Assembly (NCBI RefSeq): GCF_006345805.1
Contig: NC_043007.1
Span: 32,054,001 to 32,118,000 of the forward strand
Direction: 5' to 3'
Source of the DNA: Octopus sinensis
Lineage: Eukaryota
DNA length: 64,000 bases
A model generated the notes under the pieces. The model was not told the origin of the DNA. It saw only the letters and a list, made by a program, of their open reading frames with translations, and did no database searches. The translations under genes were made by a program, and so were the position numbers. Shown here in pieces: positions 1-12,310 of this stretch (positions are counted from its first letter, which is position 1; each line of letters starts with the position of its first letter).

Positions 1-997
1 ATATGATATTAGGAATTACTTCATGTGGGTTCATAAATGGAAGGTCCTTTGGTCAATTGACATTCAAATGTTTATATTCTTTCTTTTAATTTAAGGCGTA
101 GGTTTGAGCAAACAGGTGACGCCATATATTTGAGGGGGTTTACTAGACCTTTTTTTTCTTTCTTTTTACTACAATTTGAGAAACTAAACTTTGGTCCATT
201 CCTAAAACTTGTTCCTTGATGAATTATTTACACAACACAATTCTGAATTATCTTTTTAATTTGAAATTAAAAACTTGCATATTTGATTAGATTCTCTCGG
301 ATTTTGAAGAAAAACATTGTTGTTAAGATCAACTGAACTACCTACTCGTTAAATTAGCGTAAATAGCTTAATGTTCTCGTGCCAAATCAGTGACACGGTT
401 GGACTTCTGAATTCCAGGCTTCCACGCAGTTTTCTTCTCTTCGATTTCACTTAGTCGCTTTGAAGGATCTGTTATAAGACATTTGGTAAAAAAAAATGCT
501 ATACTGAAGGGTTGAACTCAAAATCTCGTGATTATAAAACGAACTTCTTGATCATTTGGCCTTCTCCATTTAGTTCGATATAAATATATCGATTTTTTTT
601 CCATTGTACATTCGAGACAAGATTTAGTTTTGTATTGACAATGAAAGCTGGTTGTCTCCCCTGGCACTGAATTTATTCTAAGAAAAAATTATTAAAACTT
701 TTAAAATACATTTTTCTGAGATGTTCGTCCTTTCTCATCCTTTCGTTAGGCGCATGGATGCATTTTTTAATTTTTGGATCCTTAAAAAGCAAGTATTTTC
801 GAGTTGCTTTAAGTAAATAAACAGCAATATCCATGGTGAAAATAAAGAGACTTGTTATGAATAATTTGATCACCTTCCAAGGTTTCACTTCTGCTGAGGG
901 GCACCGATTTTTATTTTTAATGTTCTGAACATTAAATATAGGTTTACATATAAAACTGATAATCAGGAGAATGGCTTCATAGAATTATGTAAGCAAC

Positions 998-1277
998 GGG
1001 CGTGGCTGTGTGGTTAGGAAATTGCTTCTCAGACACATGGTTTTCGGTTCAATCCCATTGCCTGGCACCTTGGTCAATTGTCTTCTACTATGGTCCTGGA
1101 CCAATCAAAAGCTTGTGAATGTGTTTTGTGTCTTCTGATCTTGATACTGAGTGATAGCTGTAAATGAGTTTCACGGTCATGCAAGCAATGTCACTCATTT
1201 CCAATATTCCACAAAAACATGTCTGGCCATAGGGAAATATTACCTTGCTTGGATACAGGTAAAGGATGGCAACAGTA
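998..1277 (+). mobile_element. tRNA-derived SINE (type with GGCTGTGTGGTAAG head), degenerate
   Basis: A-box-like GTGGCTGTGTGGTT and B-box-like GGTTCAATCC, followed by a CORE-like GGCACCTTGG segment; many copies in the window. Confidence 0.7.
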
Positions 1278-1741
1278 AGTGCAATCCCATGGTCATTCAT
1301 GATTGAAGGGGGTCTTTACTATGATTTACTGATTACTTAGCATTTTTAAGGGGGTAAATGAAATCTAGTTGACTCGGTTTTTTACTTCTACAATTAGATG
1401 TATTACTTTTAGTGTTGTTTTAGAACAGTGAGTTTTAACCTGGATAACAGCATACCTACTGCCCTTCAGGTTGTGAGCTTACAAGAGGGATGGGCGAAAT
1501 TTTTCTGAAACTAGACACAATGTTTATACATTGACTACATTTTAAAAAAATCTTTGGTTGAAAATATAAACAGGACATTTTGTTATCAATGAGCTAAAAC
1601 ATGACTGATGGTGTATAATTTCATAACCTAAGTCCTCATTTTCTTTAGTATTTTCTATAACTTTATCATACGGAGCACTTGTCCATGCAAATGTCTAACA
1701 GGAGACCCATGCTGGATTGGATACTATAAGATAATTCTATT

Positions 1742-1950
1742 GAAACCGACCATATCCGGCCCAAATATTCTTGTTTTTTATGTTTTATGTTCAAACAGCC
1801 AGATGTGACCTATCACACCTGCTCTACAATGTCATTCTAAAAATAAGCAGTTATATCATCAAAATGCCAAAGCTACGAGACAGTGCATGATTAATTGAAA
1901 ATAATCAATTAGCATTACATTCAACAGTAATCTGAATGCTAAAGGTTTAA
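1742..1950. mobile_element. TTAA-flanked (piggyBac-type) MITE family 2, partial
   Basis: Ends TGAATGCTAAAGGTTTAA; reverse-orientation homolog of 41669-41902. Confidence 0.6.
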
Positions 1951-3054
1951 TCAAGATAATCTTCTGGGAATTCTTAACAGTTTGCATTGATTTAAGCAGT
2001 TGTTTAGTTATTTCCCTTTGCATCAGAAAAATGAATCTAATCTAGGTATGCAATTTGTTACACAGCTTAACTTTTATATCTGAAATTATATTGAAAAAGC
2101 TTTCTGTAAAAGAACTGGTTGGGGAATAGATTAAGTTTGAGTGACTCAACAATTTTAATTTGAACATTTAAGGCGAGAGTTGAGTATTTTATTTCCAACA
2201 GGACAAACAATGGCCATAAAATATTGGCTCTATCCTCATCAAAACCCCCCAAGCTAGCTTTGAAAAACAAGGCATTGAACAAATATAGTTTGAGTAGACA
2301 AATGATTTATTTTAAGAACATTTGTGTAATAATTTTTTTTTTAGATCTCAGTTTTCATGTAATTAAATCTTTTCATCATTTTTACCCCACTGTGGTGAAA
2401 TAACCAGCAATGACTACCCAAATAGACCCATGGGCTGTGGGGGTTGTCATCTGAGTGGTGCATAGGTGTCCTCCACCAGGAGTAGGGAATCACCAACAAA
2501 TAGTGGATGTAGCAACATGCTGTTACAGTGCTCACCCCCTTACTAGTACTACAACTTCCCCTATCCTTGATTATCTTAAAATAAGCTCGTTATAATTACA
2601 TCAAATTTATCATTATCTGACTCTATATACATTCCAGTAAAAGTGGTTGTAGTGGCTATTTAGAATAGGGAAGCACTTTCACATCTTTGAAGTTCCTGTC
2701 AGATTTTTTTTTCTTTCTTTTTCACAGGTAGCTGTTGTGCAGACACGTGGCCTAGTGGTTAGGGTGTTGCACTCAGTTGTAAGATCATGGTTTCAATTCC
2801 TAGGCTGGGCAGTGTGTTGTGTTCTTGAGCAAAACACTTCATTTCCCATTATTCCAGTTCACTCAGCTGTCAATGGGTTAATCCTGCAAGGGACCGTTGT
2901 CCCATTCAGCAGGTAAAGGTGCTGCAATCTCAGTCACATGCCATAGAAATGGGGCTAAGATCCAGCTTTATTAGCCCCTAAGGTTCATAACCGACCTAAA
3001 TCTCTGTCAGGTAGCAATTAATTTTAATTTCTGAGCTAGGAAAATGGGGATACT

Positions 3055-3328
3055 TGCCTCCTGACTGGCTCCCACATAGGTGGCACGTAAAAAGCACTTT
3101 CCAAACATGATTGATGCCAGAGCCACTTGAATGGGTCCTGTGCCGGTGGTGCATAAAAAGCACCTACTACGCTCTTGGAGTGATTGGTGTTAGGAAGGGC
3201 ATCCAGCTGTAGAAACACTGCCAGATCAGACTGGAGCCTGGTGCAGCCTCCTGGCTTCCCAGTTCCCAGTCAAACTGTCCAACTCATGCCAGCATGGAAA
3301 ACAGACATTAAATGATGCTGATGATGAC
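3055..3328 (+). mobile_element. RTE LINE 3' UTR fragment
   Basis: TTAGGAAGGGCATCCAGC...CATGGAAA...TTAAATGATG tail, the same tail as on the coding RTE copy at 7914-8900. Confidence 0.8.
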
Positions 3329-3484
3329 GTAGGAAAATAGATTTTCTGAGGGATTATGTCGCAAAACTGGAACTAAAATCCAATTTTTCAATAGATCAAT
3401 ACTGAACAGTGTTTAATTGTTGCAGGATTTGTATTATCTTTTACTTCAGGATGAAAAACCTTACTCTTGCTCATATAAAAAAAA

Positions 3485-3810
3485 GGAGCACTCCGTCAGT
3501 TACGACGACAAGGGTCCCACCTGATCCGATCAACGGAACAGCCTGCTCGTGAAATTAGCATGCAAGTGGCTGAGTAATCCATAGATATGTGTGCCCCTAA
3601 CGTAGTTCTCAGGGAGATCCAGCATGACACAGAGTGTGACAAAGCTGGCCCTTTGAAATACAGATACTACTCATTTTTGCCAGGTGAGTGGACTGGAGCA
3701 ACGTGAAATAAAGTGTCTTACTCAAGGACACAAAGTGTCTCCGGGAATTGAACTCACAACCTTACGATCATGAGCCGAGTGCCCCTAACCACTAAGCCAT
3801 GCGCCTTCAT
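3485..3810 (-). mobile_element. tRNA-derived SINE (type with GCGTGGCTTAGTGG head), full length
   Basis: The minus strand has an A box TGGCTTAGTGG, a B box GAGTTCAATTC and a CORE-like TCCTTGAGTAAGACACTT; homologs at 43324 and 59240. Confidence 0.8.
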
Positions 3811-4766
3811 GCTCATATAATACAAGATGCAACTACTTTGTTGTTAACACTGTTTGACTTTATAAATGATCAAAGTGAAAATACACAAAGGCTGTTTGGC
3901 AGTTTGAAATTTACATTGCCGTTGTTCTAATCTCATTGATTATTTCCTAACATTGATAAGAGAAAAACCTCTAAATTTTATCTATTGTAAATAAATTTCA
4001 GGCTAAATATTAATAATCATGTGCTACCAAGAATTTATAACTAACAAAATCGCAATTCTGAATATTTAAATACAATATATTTTACCTTAAGTGTAGTTGG
4101 TTGAATTTTCAATTGTTAAAGAATTGTCTGTGAGGAAATGTGTTTATGACAAAGATCTGTAAAATAAAGGTTTGCAGAAGAACAAGAACTTGGTACTTAC
4201 AGCCAGTTTTCTGTGCAGTTAAGCAAGCTCCATCACTCCATAACTTGTAATGCTTGTATTTTAGGATTTTCTGGTCAGAAATAGGACAAACATTGAGTTA
4301 TACAAACAGTTGTTGCAATAATATATAAATGAATATACAAAAAAACATTAAGAAAAATGGATATAAATTAGTAAAAAAAAAATAGTTGTATGTATTAAGT
4401 ATAAACAATGGTATGCATAAGAAATGACGTAAAAGAAATAAGAGTGATGTTAAGTTGTAATGAAATTAGTAAGAAATTTTGTTCACAAACAACCAGTCAG
4501 GTTACACTGAACCCGGCATTTTGATTCAGTTGTGATAAAAAGAAAACAAATCCAACTGTGTTGAAATAAGAAAATGACCTGTGTGACATAGATATGTTTT
4601 GGGGTTATAATCAGTTTGAACAATGGCAAACAGGAGTTTGATGAGTTATCTTAGGGCAGTCCAGCAGAATATGTGGGTTGTTTGTTTAGCAAAGACTTTT
4701 CTGCATTTATATAATTGCAAGAGTATTCTTTAAATAACCCTAGAAGATTTATATATATATATATAT

Positions 4767-5128
4767 ATCATCATCATCATCATTTAACGTCCGCTTTCCA
4801 TGCTGGCATGGGTTGGACGAATGACAAGGCTGGCGAACCAGATGGCTGCACCAGGCTTCAGTCATGATCTGGCAGTTTCTACAGCTTGATGCCCTTCCTA
4901 ATGTCAACCACTACGAGAGTGTAGTGGGTGCTTTTACGTGCCGCCGGCACGGGGCCAGTCAGGCGGTACTGGCAACGACCTTGCTCGAATCTTTTACACG
5001 TGCCACCAGCACAGGTGCCAGTAAGGCGATGCTGGTAACAATCACGCTCAAATGGTGTCTTTTACGTGCCACCGGCACGGAGGCCAGAAAGCCGCTCTGG
5101 CAACGATCACGCTTGGATGGTGCTCTTA
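4767..5128 (-). mobile_element. RTE LINE 3' UTR fragment
   Basis: Reverse complement of the RTE tail with an (ATC)n end. Confidence 0.8.
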
Positions 5129-5609
5129 ATACCCTACTAAACAAAAGCAGTGTATTTCAGCAGAAATATTGTAACTGAAAGTTGAAGTGTTCTGCTTTGG
5201 GAAAGAGTTAAAGAAAATGGAAATGAGTATCAACTTTTTCATTTTTCCTATATCTCCTATAATCATTGGATTTTACAGTTTTTAGTTTAAAAGTAGCTTT
5301 TTTGGTTTGCTTTATTTTGCTTTAATAACAATTTTTACTTTTTTTATTTTCAGGAGAAATTTTCTCTTGGTGCACTAATGGTGGCATTAGTATGTACTCC
5401 TTCAGGAATAATTTTGGCCAATCTCAAAAATTACACAAAGTCAGGATGAGAATATCTTGCAGCATGCCCTGGCTGTCTTCAATAACTAAAGATTCTCAGA
5501 TGCCACAGTGATTTAGCAGATTTGTGTGTTAAAAAAAAAAATAATAATAAATTTTATAAAACGAAATACATTTGTTTGTTTTTTATTATTTATACATATT
5601 AAGTTGTGC

Positions 5610-5985
5610 CCCGTGCTAGTAGGGTGCCATCCAGAGCGGCTAACTGGCTTCCATGCCAGTGGCATGAAAGAGGCACCGTTCAAGCGGGATCATTACCAGC
5701 ATCACCTTACTGGCACCTGTGCCGTTGGCATGTGTAAAAATATTTGAGCGAGGTCGTTGCCAGTACCGCCTGACTGGCTCCCATGCTGGTGGCACGTAAA
5801 AGTACCCACTACACTCTCAAAGCGGTTGGCATTAAGAAGGGCATCCAGCTGTAGAAACTCTGCCAGATCAAGACTGGAGCCTGGTGCAGCCTTCTGGTTC
5901 GCCAGTCCTCAGTCAAATCGTCCAACCCATGCCAGCATGGAAAGCAGACGTTAGATGATGATGGTGGTGGTGGTGATGATGATGA
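5610..5985 (+). mobile_element. RTE LINE 3' UTR fragment
   Basis: Hairpin units plus the GGAAGGGCATCCAGC...(GAT)n tail. Confidence 0.8.
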
Positions 5986-6414
5986 AGAAGCTTTGAATCC
6001 AGTACATTAATCACTTCAGTTTCAATCACAGAACTGCTTTACCAGATCTGAACAACACTACAAAGTCAACACATGATATCAAAGGAAACCTACCGAAACT
6101 CCAGAAACACAACCAACCAAAACACAGAACAATATAAACAGATACCATCCACGTCATACAAAATTACATCTCCTCTGCAACATTCGCACAGACAGTAATG
6201 GAAACAATGATGCATACAGAAGCATAAAACCTATGCAGCAGGCAGGGTTTCCCCCCCCTTTTCTTTTCACTTTTTGCACCACACCAAATAACAATCACTA
6301 ATAAATAGTCATTACCTTACATCCACTTTTCATACTATCATGGACTGGGTAGGTCTTCCCTGAGATCCCACTCTCTTTAGAGCCAAAACAAAGGCAATTT
6401 ATATTATCACATGT

Positions 6415-6685
6415 AATACCTGACTGGTTCCCGTGCCAGTGGCATGTAAAAAGCACCATTCAAGCCTGGTCGATGCCAGTACCGCCTGACTGGCCCTCAT
6501 GCCGGTGGCACGCAGAAAGCACCCACTGCACTCTCGGAGTGGTTGACATGAAGGGCATCCAGCTGAGGAAACCTTGCCAGATCAGATTGGAGCCTGGTAC
6601 AGCTTTCTGGCTTGCCAGTCCTCAGTCAAACTGTCCAACCCATTCCAGCATAGAAAGCGGTTGTTAAACGATGATGATGATGAAT
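6415..6685 (+). mobile_element. RTE LINE 3' UTR fragment
   Basis: Same tail as the other RTE 3' UTR copies. Confidence 0.8.
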
Positions 6686-7913
6686 ATAGAAACTATCTAC
6701 CCAATGAAACAAAAATGCTCTAAAGAGGGAGACATGTAAGGAGCAGGAAGTAAGGCATTGACTTTTACTTCCTCTAAGCATTTCAGGTTCAGTCGTTCTC
6801 TCTGGGCCACCAGTTAATGTGTGGAACACAGTTTGCATGTATGCAGACTCGTTGACCACATCCAAGATCCTCACCAGACCATTCAATCAGTAGTACCCAT
6901 GGGCAGGGATGTGATTAACGCAGCTGATGATCTGCACCTACTGGGAACTCGTTCCTAAAATTAGTTCCTGGCCTTTATCCTTATATTACAGGAGGTGATT
7001 CAGAGGTTTCTTGACCTTCTCAGGCCAGGAGAGACATGTCCACTGAAACCTCCAGTCTAGTGCAGGTGCAGCCCTGGACATCTAAGGGCATTACAGACCT
7101 GTTACCACTCTGCCTCTTGTAGCTTATGTCACACTTAGGTAAGCCCTTCACTCCCTTTGGAGGAAGGCCATCAATGACTTCTCTCCATTGTTCTCCACTC
7201 TGGGTTGTATTTTCTATTTCAATTGGTTTCCTGCCTTTTCCTTTTGAAGTTTGCTGTACCATGTCCTATATTTCCCTGAGAGAGAAGGCCTTCCTCTCTT
7301 CTAGTGCTTCTTGGCTTTCAATTGTCATCAGTGTTTCTGTGACTTTTCTTCTAGGTTGTTATGTTGGCCCAACTCAAACCCAATTTTTACCTCTGAGAAG
7401 AGGTGGTCCATATTAGTTTGGCTGCTATCTTTTGACCTGTTCAACATGGGAGTCCCTAGCAAGAGCTTGTGCTCCACTAACTTACCTCTCAGTCATTAAT
7501 ACACACTGACAACCAAGAGAGAAAAGGGCTACAAAAAGAGAAGAAAAAAAATGAGGTATAAAGAATGAGAAAAGCTAGGAAAAAAATGAAACCACCTGAA
7601 AATATGCTTGAAGGGGAAAAATGAAGAATTACTAAAAAGAAAGATAAACTATCATTTGTGATGGTGTTGGGTTAATCCAGTTACACAACAGTTGCTCAGG
7701 AATATAATAATTGTGATACATATTCCTCTAGTAAAGATTACTATTTTCTGATATGAAAACGGTAATCTTTACCAAAGAAATATGTATGATTTATTATGAA
7801 AAAGGGTGCAGATGTTTAGAAGTACCAAATCAACAACTGAGGGTTTGGCGATACATTTCCTAGCACTTTCTCAGTGTCATTCATGAAATGACCAATCTTC
7901 CTGAGACATTCCT

Positions 7914-8900
7914 CCTCATCATCATCGTCATTTAATGCCTGCTTTCCATGCTGGCATGGGTTGGACAGTTTGACTGAGGGCTGGTGAGTCAGGAGGCTGC
8001 ACCAGGCTCCAATCTGATCTGGTAATGTTTCTACTGCTGGATGCCCTTCCTAATGCCAAACCTCCAAGAGTGTAATGAGTACTTTTTACGTGCCACCAGC
8101 ATGAGGGCCAGTCAGGCAGCACTGGCATTGACCATGCTTGAATAGTGCTTTTTACATGCCACCGGCACGGGAGCCAAACAAGCAGTACTGTCATTGGCCA
8201 CAATGTCTTCACTTGTCTCAGCAGTTTATTGTCCACTAATTGAAGGGTACTCTTAAATGGGCTGGTTATGCTGCACAGGCATAGGCCACAGTTACGGTCT
8301 CACTTGGCATGCTGGGTCTTCTCAAGCACAACATATCTCCAAAGGTCTCGGTCACTTGTCATTGCCTCCATGAGGCCCAACATTTGAAGGTCGTGCTTCA
8401 ACACCTCATCCCAGGTCTTCCTAGGTCTACCTCTTCCACAAGTTCCCTCTACTGCTAGGGTGTGACACTTTTTCACACAGCTGTCCTCATCCGTATGTAG
8501 CACATGACCATACCTGCACAATCGTCTCTCTTGTACACCACATCTGATGCTTCTTATGTCCAACTTTTCTCTCACTATGCTTACACTCTGTTGAGTATGC
8601 ACACTGACATTACACATCCAGCAGAGCATACTGGCTTCATTCCTTGCAAGTTTACGCATGTCCTCAGCAGTTTGCGGCCCATGTTTCACTGCCACATTGC
8701 ATGGCTGTTCGCACACGTGCATCATACAGTCTACCTTTTACCCTGAGCAAGAAACCCTTTGTCACCAGGAGAGGTAGGAGCTCTCTGAACTTTACCCAGG
8801 TTATTCCTATTCTAGCAGCTACACTCTCAGAGCAACGACCCTTGCTACTGACTTGGTCACCTAGGTAATGGAAGCTATCAACTACTTGTAGTTTTTCCAG
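7914..8900 (-). mobile_element. 5'-truncated RTE-clade LINE (degenerate RT C-terminus plus complete 3' UTR)
   Basis: Frameshifted peptide VVDSFHYLGD...KGRLYDARVRTAM..GSETW...RNEASML.WMC...RRL..YGHV...GRGRPRKTWDEV..DL...DRDLWR, then the 3' UTR ending in (GAT)n. Confidence 0.9.
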
Positions 8901-9310
8901 GGCACACTCAAAACAACTATGTACACTACCGTCAGGAGACCTACTTGAACCTTCGGATAATATCAGAGACTTAGGTGTAACTGTTGACAGCAACTTTAGC
9001 AGGAGTGTGCACATCAACAAAAAAGTCAATGTTGCCTGCAGAATGTGCTCATGGATCCTCAGAACTTTTCAATCTAGGGATTGCGAAACCATTGTCCTTC
9101 TCTTCTCCACATTCTCTAGTCCCTACCTCAAATACTGCTACCCATTGTGGTCCCCCCTACAAAAAACAAGACATAATGAGGATCAAAGCACCACAAAGAT
9201 CAATCACTAAAAAAATAAATGGCATGAAGGGACTTGATTATTGGGTTCGACTTAAACAGATGAAACTCTATTCTCTGCAATTCCGCTGTGAGTGATACAT
9301 TATTATATAC
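8900..9310 (+). mobile_element. CR1/L2-type LINE RT C-terminal fragment
   Basis: DLLEPSDNIRDLGVTVDSN...WILRTFQSRD...YCYPLWSP(fs)YKKQDI...QRSITKKI.GM..LDYW.RLK.MKLYSLQ.R. Confidence 0.85.
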
Positions 9311-10691
9311 ACACGAGTAAGCACATAAATGCAAAACAAGGTAGAAAAAATGGTACTCAAATACCGTAGGTAGAGCAATATGCTCTTTTATTAAAGCTGC
9401 AAAAACGGTTTCATGTTCCTGTTCATTTGACAGTTGTGGTCAAGACTTGATCACACCTGTCTGACAAACAGTCACAGTTTTTTGTTATGTTCTTGCAGCT
9501 TTAGGAAGGGCATCCAGCTGTAGAAACCCTGCCAGATTAGATTGGAGTCTGGTGCAGCCAGCTGGTTCGCCAGACCTCAGTCAAATCATCCAACCCATGC
9601 TAGCATGGAAAGCGGATGTTAAACGATAATGATGATATACAATGGGCTTATTTTGGTTGGCCTGGGGCTACAGATGAAGATACATACCCAAGGTACTCTG
9701 CAGTAGAACTGATCCTGAAACCATGTGGTTTAGGTTGCACGCTTGTGTCATGGAATCTGTAGATACTAGTCTAGTGACTCACATGGGGAGATGAAAGGAA
9801 GTAATAATTATGGAATCCCATAAAATGATATTTGTTCACTGAACGGCCATTTACTGGGAAAATAAATAAATAAAACAACAATTAGAAAATGTAAACATTT
9901 CATTGCACTTAACGAGAGAAAAAAATCAGAATAAATTGGCAAAGATTAGATTCCATTAGTACCCAGCCTTTATCTAGATTTCTTTTAGTCTGATTTCCAT
10001 TTATGTATTTTTACTTGGTTACCTGGTCATTCCTATAAAGTTCACTGAACTCCCAAAATGATTACATGAAATTAAGTTAATTGGTCTTATTTTGAACAGA
10101 AACAAATATTTTATTATGGTCTTCTGGTCAAAATATCTCAAGTATTCTTCTAGAGGTTTTTTTTTTATCATTTCCTAGGCTGGGTTTGTTTGTTTTTTTA
10201 CCTAAAAATAACTATTATCTCTTTTTTAATCACTTGTAAAGTGTATAAAGATATTGAGTGAAGGAGAACAATCAAAGTCTTCCAATTACACTGATAATTA
10301 TTGTTATTGTTGTTTTATTGATCTCATCGCATGGCTGTGTGGTTAAGAAATTTGCTTCCCAACCATGTGGTCTTGGGTTCAATCCCACTGTGCAGTATCT
10401 TGAACAAGTGTCTTCTACTATAGACCCAGGCTGACCAATTTTCCACTCACAATAGTTCTTCATTTAGACTCTAGCTTTTATTTCAGACGTCCATTATCAT
10501 TTTGATGTCTACATCTCCATACTTACAAGGATCGGATATTATTTATTAAGGTGGATGCTCTCCTTATCACCAACCCTCACTTGTTTCCATGCAAGCTTCC
10601 CATAATCCTTCAAACACAGATGACACAATGGTGAGATATGTATTCACAGAAGATTACAAATGAACAACATCACTTGTATGATGATAACATA

Positions 10692-10921
10692 TCTCTTTTA
10701 CTCTTTTACTTGTTTCAGTCATTTGACTGCGGCCATGCTGGAGCACCACCTTTAATCGAGCAACTCGACCCGGGACTTATTCTTTGTAAGCCCAGTACTT
10801 ATTCTATCGGTCTCTTTTGCCGAACCGCTAAGTGACGGAGACATAAACACACCAGCATCGGTTGTCAAGTGATGTTGGGGGACAAACACAGACACAAACA
10901 CACACGCACATATATATATAT

Positions 10922-10975
<54 letters not shown>

Positions 10976-11147
10976 CATATATATATATGACGGGCTTCTT
11001 TCAGTTTCTGTCTACCAAATCCACTCACAAGGCTTTGATCGGCCCGAGGCTGTAGTAGAAGACACTTGCCCAAGGTGCCACGCAGTGGGACTGAACCCGG
11101 AACCATGTGGTTGGTAAGCAAGCTACTTACCACACAGCCACTCCTGC
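10692..11147 (-). mobile_element. tRNA-derived SINE with internal (TA/TG) microsatellite, full length
   Basis: Head GCAGGAGTGGCTGTGTGGTAAG...GGTTCAGTCCC and tail ...GAAACAAGTAAAAGAGTAAAAGAG on the minus strand; homologs at 22440-22875 and 25103-25510. Confidence 0.85.
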
Positions 11148-11229
11148 TACAATGTGATATCGAGGCAAAAAATATAAATGCAAATACACACAGGTTGACA
11201 AAGCGAGGATGGATGATAAGATAAAGGCA

Positions 11230-11800
11230 AAAGATGGTGTTGAGTAGCAATAAAGGTGTCCTAGGTGTGAGAGAATATACTAGCTGGTAGTGCAGGAGAG
11301 CAAGGTGAGAATCTATTGAGTAGGGGATGAGGATGTTTCAAAGAGGGTTCTTCAATGTGGACTTAGTGACACATGAGGAGCATAGCAGGAATAAATACAT
11401 ACCAGAATCTCAAACACTAACTCTGCCTTGGGATGGAACCTGGATTACTGTGTTCAAATGTGAAGACTTGACCAGGATTTTGTTAGAGATTGAAGTCAAC
11501 AATTGAGGAAATAAATACCTGGTACAAACCAGAGAGAGAAGAGGAAGAGAAGATGGTGAGGATGTGACAGAGGCAGGGATACACCCAAGTTTGCAGAGAG
11601 GTGCATATAAGTGAAGTGGAGCGAAGGGTGAGAGGGTGGGTAAATTTATGAGGGTGTGAAGGGAGAATGGGAGGGGGAAGGAATGTAGTGGGTGGATGCA
11701 AATAGAGGGAGGTGGGGTATTAGGAGGGTATGTGGTAGGGAAGAGATCCAACAGAGACATACTGTGTGCAGGTACGTTGGCTAGGGTGCAAAGGCAGGGT
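11230..11800 (-). mobile_element. Degenerate Penelope-like element fragment
   Basis: Minus-strand remnants DSGMYL...SS...TK...IPYS resemble the PLE RT thumb; heavily decayed. Confidence 0.4.
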
Positions 11801-11900
11801 GGGAAAGACTTACATAATATAATCTGAAATATAATCTGTAGGAAAACAATAATAAATAAATGAAAAAAAAATCCATAAAAAGATGGGAGGTATAAGGGAA

Positions 11901-12310
11901 GGTGATGAGCTGGCAGAAACGTTAGCACGCCGGGCGAAATGCTTAGCAGTATTTCGTCTGCCGCTACGTTCTGAGTTCAAATTCCGCCGAGGTCAACTTT
12001 GCCTTTCATCCTTCCTGGGACGATTAAATAAGTATCAGTTATGCACTGGGGTCGATATAATCGACTTAATCAGTTTGTCTGTCCTTGTTTGTCCCCTCTG
12101 TATTCAGCCCCTTGTGGGTAGTAAAGAAATAGGTATTTCATCTGTCTTTACGTTATGAGTTCAAATTCTGCCAAGGTCAACTTTGTCTTTCATCCTTTTG
12201 GGGTTGATTAAATAAGTACCAGTTATGCACTGGGGGCTATATAATCGACTTAATCCGTTTGTTTGTCCTCTCTGTGTTTAGCCCCTTGTGGGTAGTAAAG
12301 AAATAGGTAT
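11901..12310 (+). mobile_element. tRNA-derived SINE (type with GGTGAGCTGGCAGAAACG head), one full copy plus a tandem partial second copy
   Basis: Contains GAGTTCAAATTCC (B box) and GCCTTTCATCC...AAGTACCAG; the second copy restarts at about 12134. Confidence 0.85.

Noticed and set aside
673-888. 71-aa minus-strand ORF (MKPWKVIKLF…) with a hydrophobic start
   Set aside because: It starts at a non-ATG codon, I recognise no family, and I found no partner exons; an ORF of this size is expected by chance.
9392-9503. 11-bp inverted ends (TAAAGCTGCAA/TTGCAGCTTTA) around an internal hairpin, with GAAAC on the minus strand
   Set aside because: No CUGANGA core is present in this copy; probably a repeat remnant, but not assignable.
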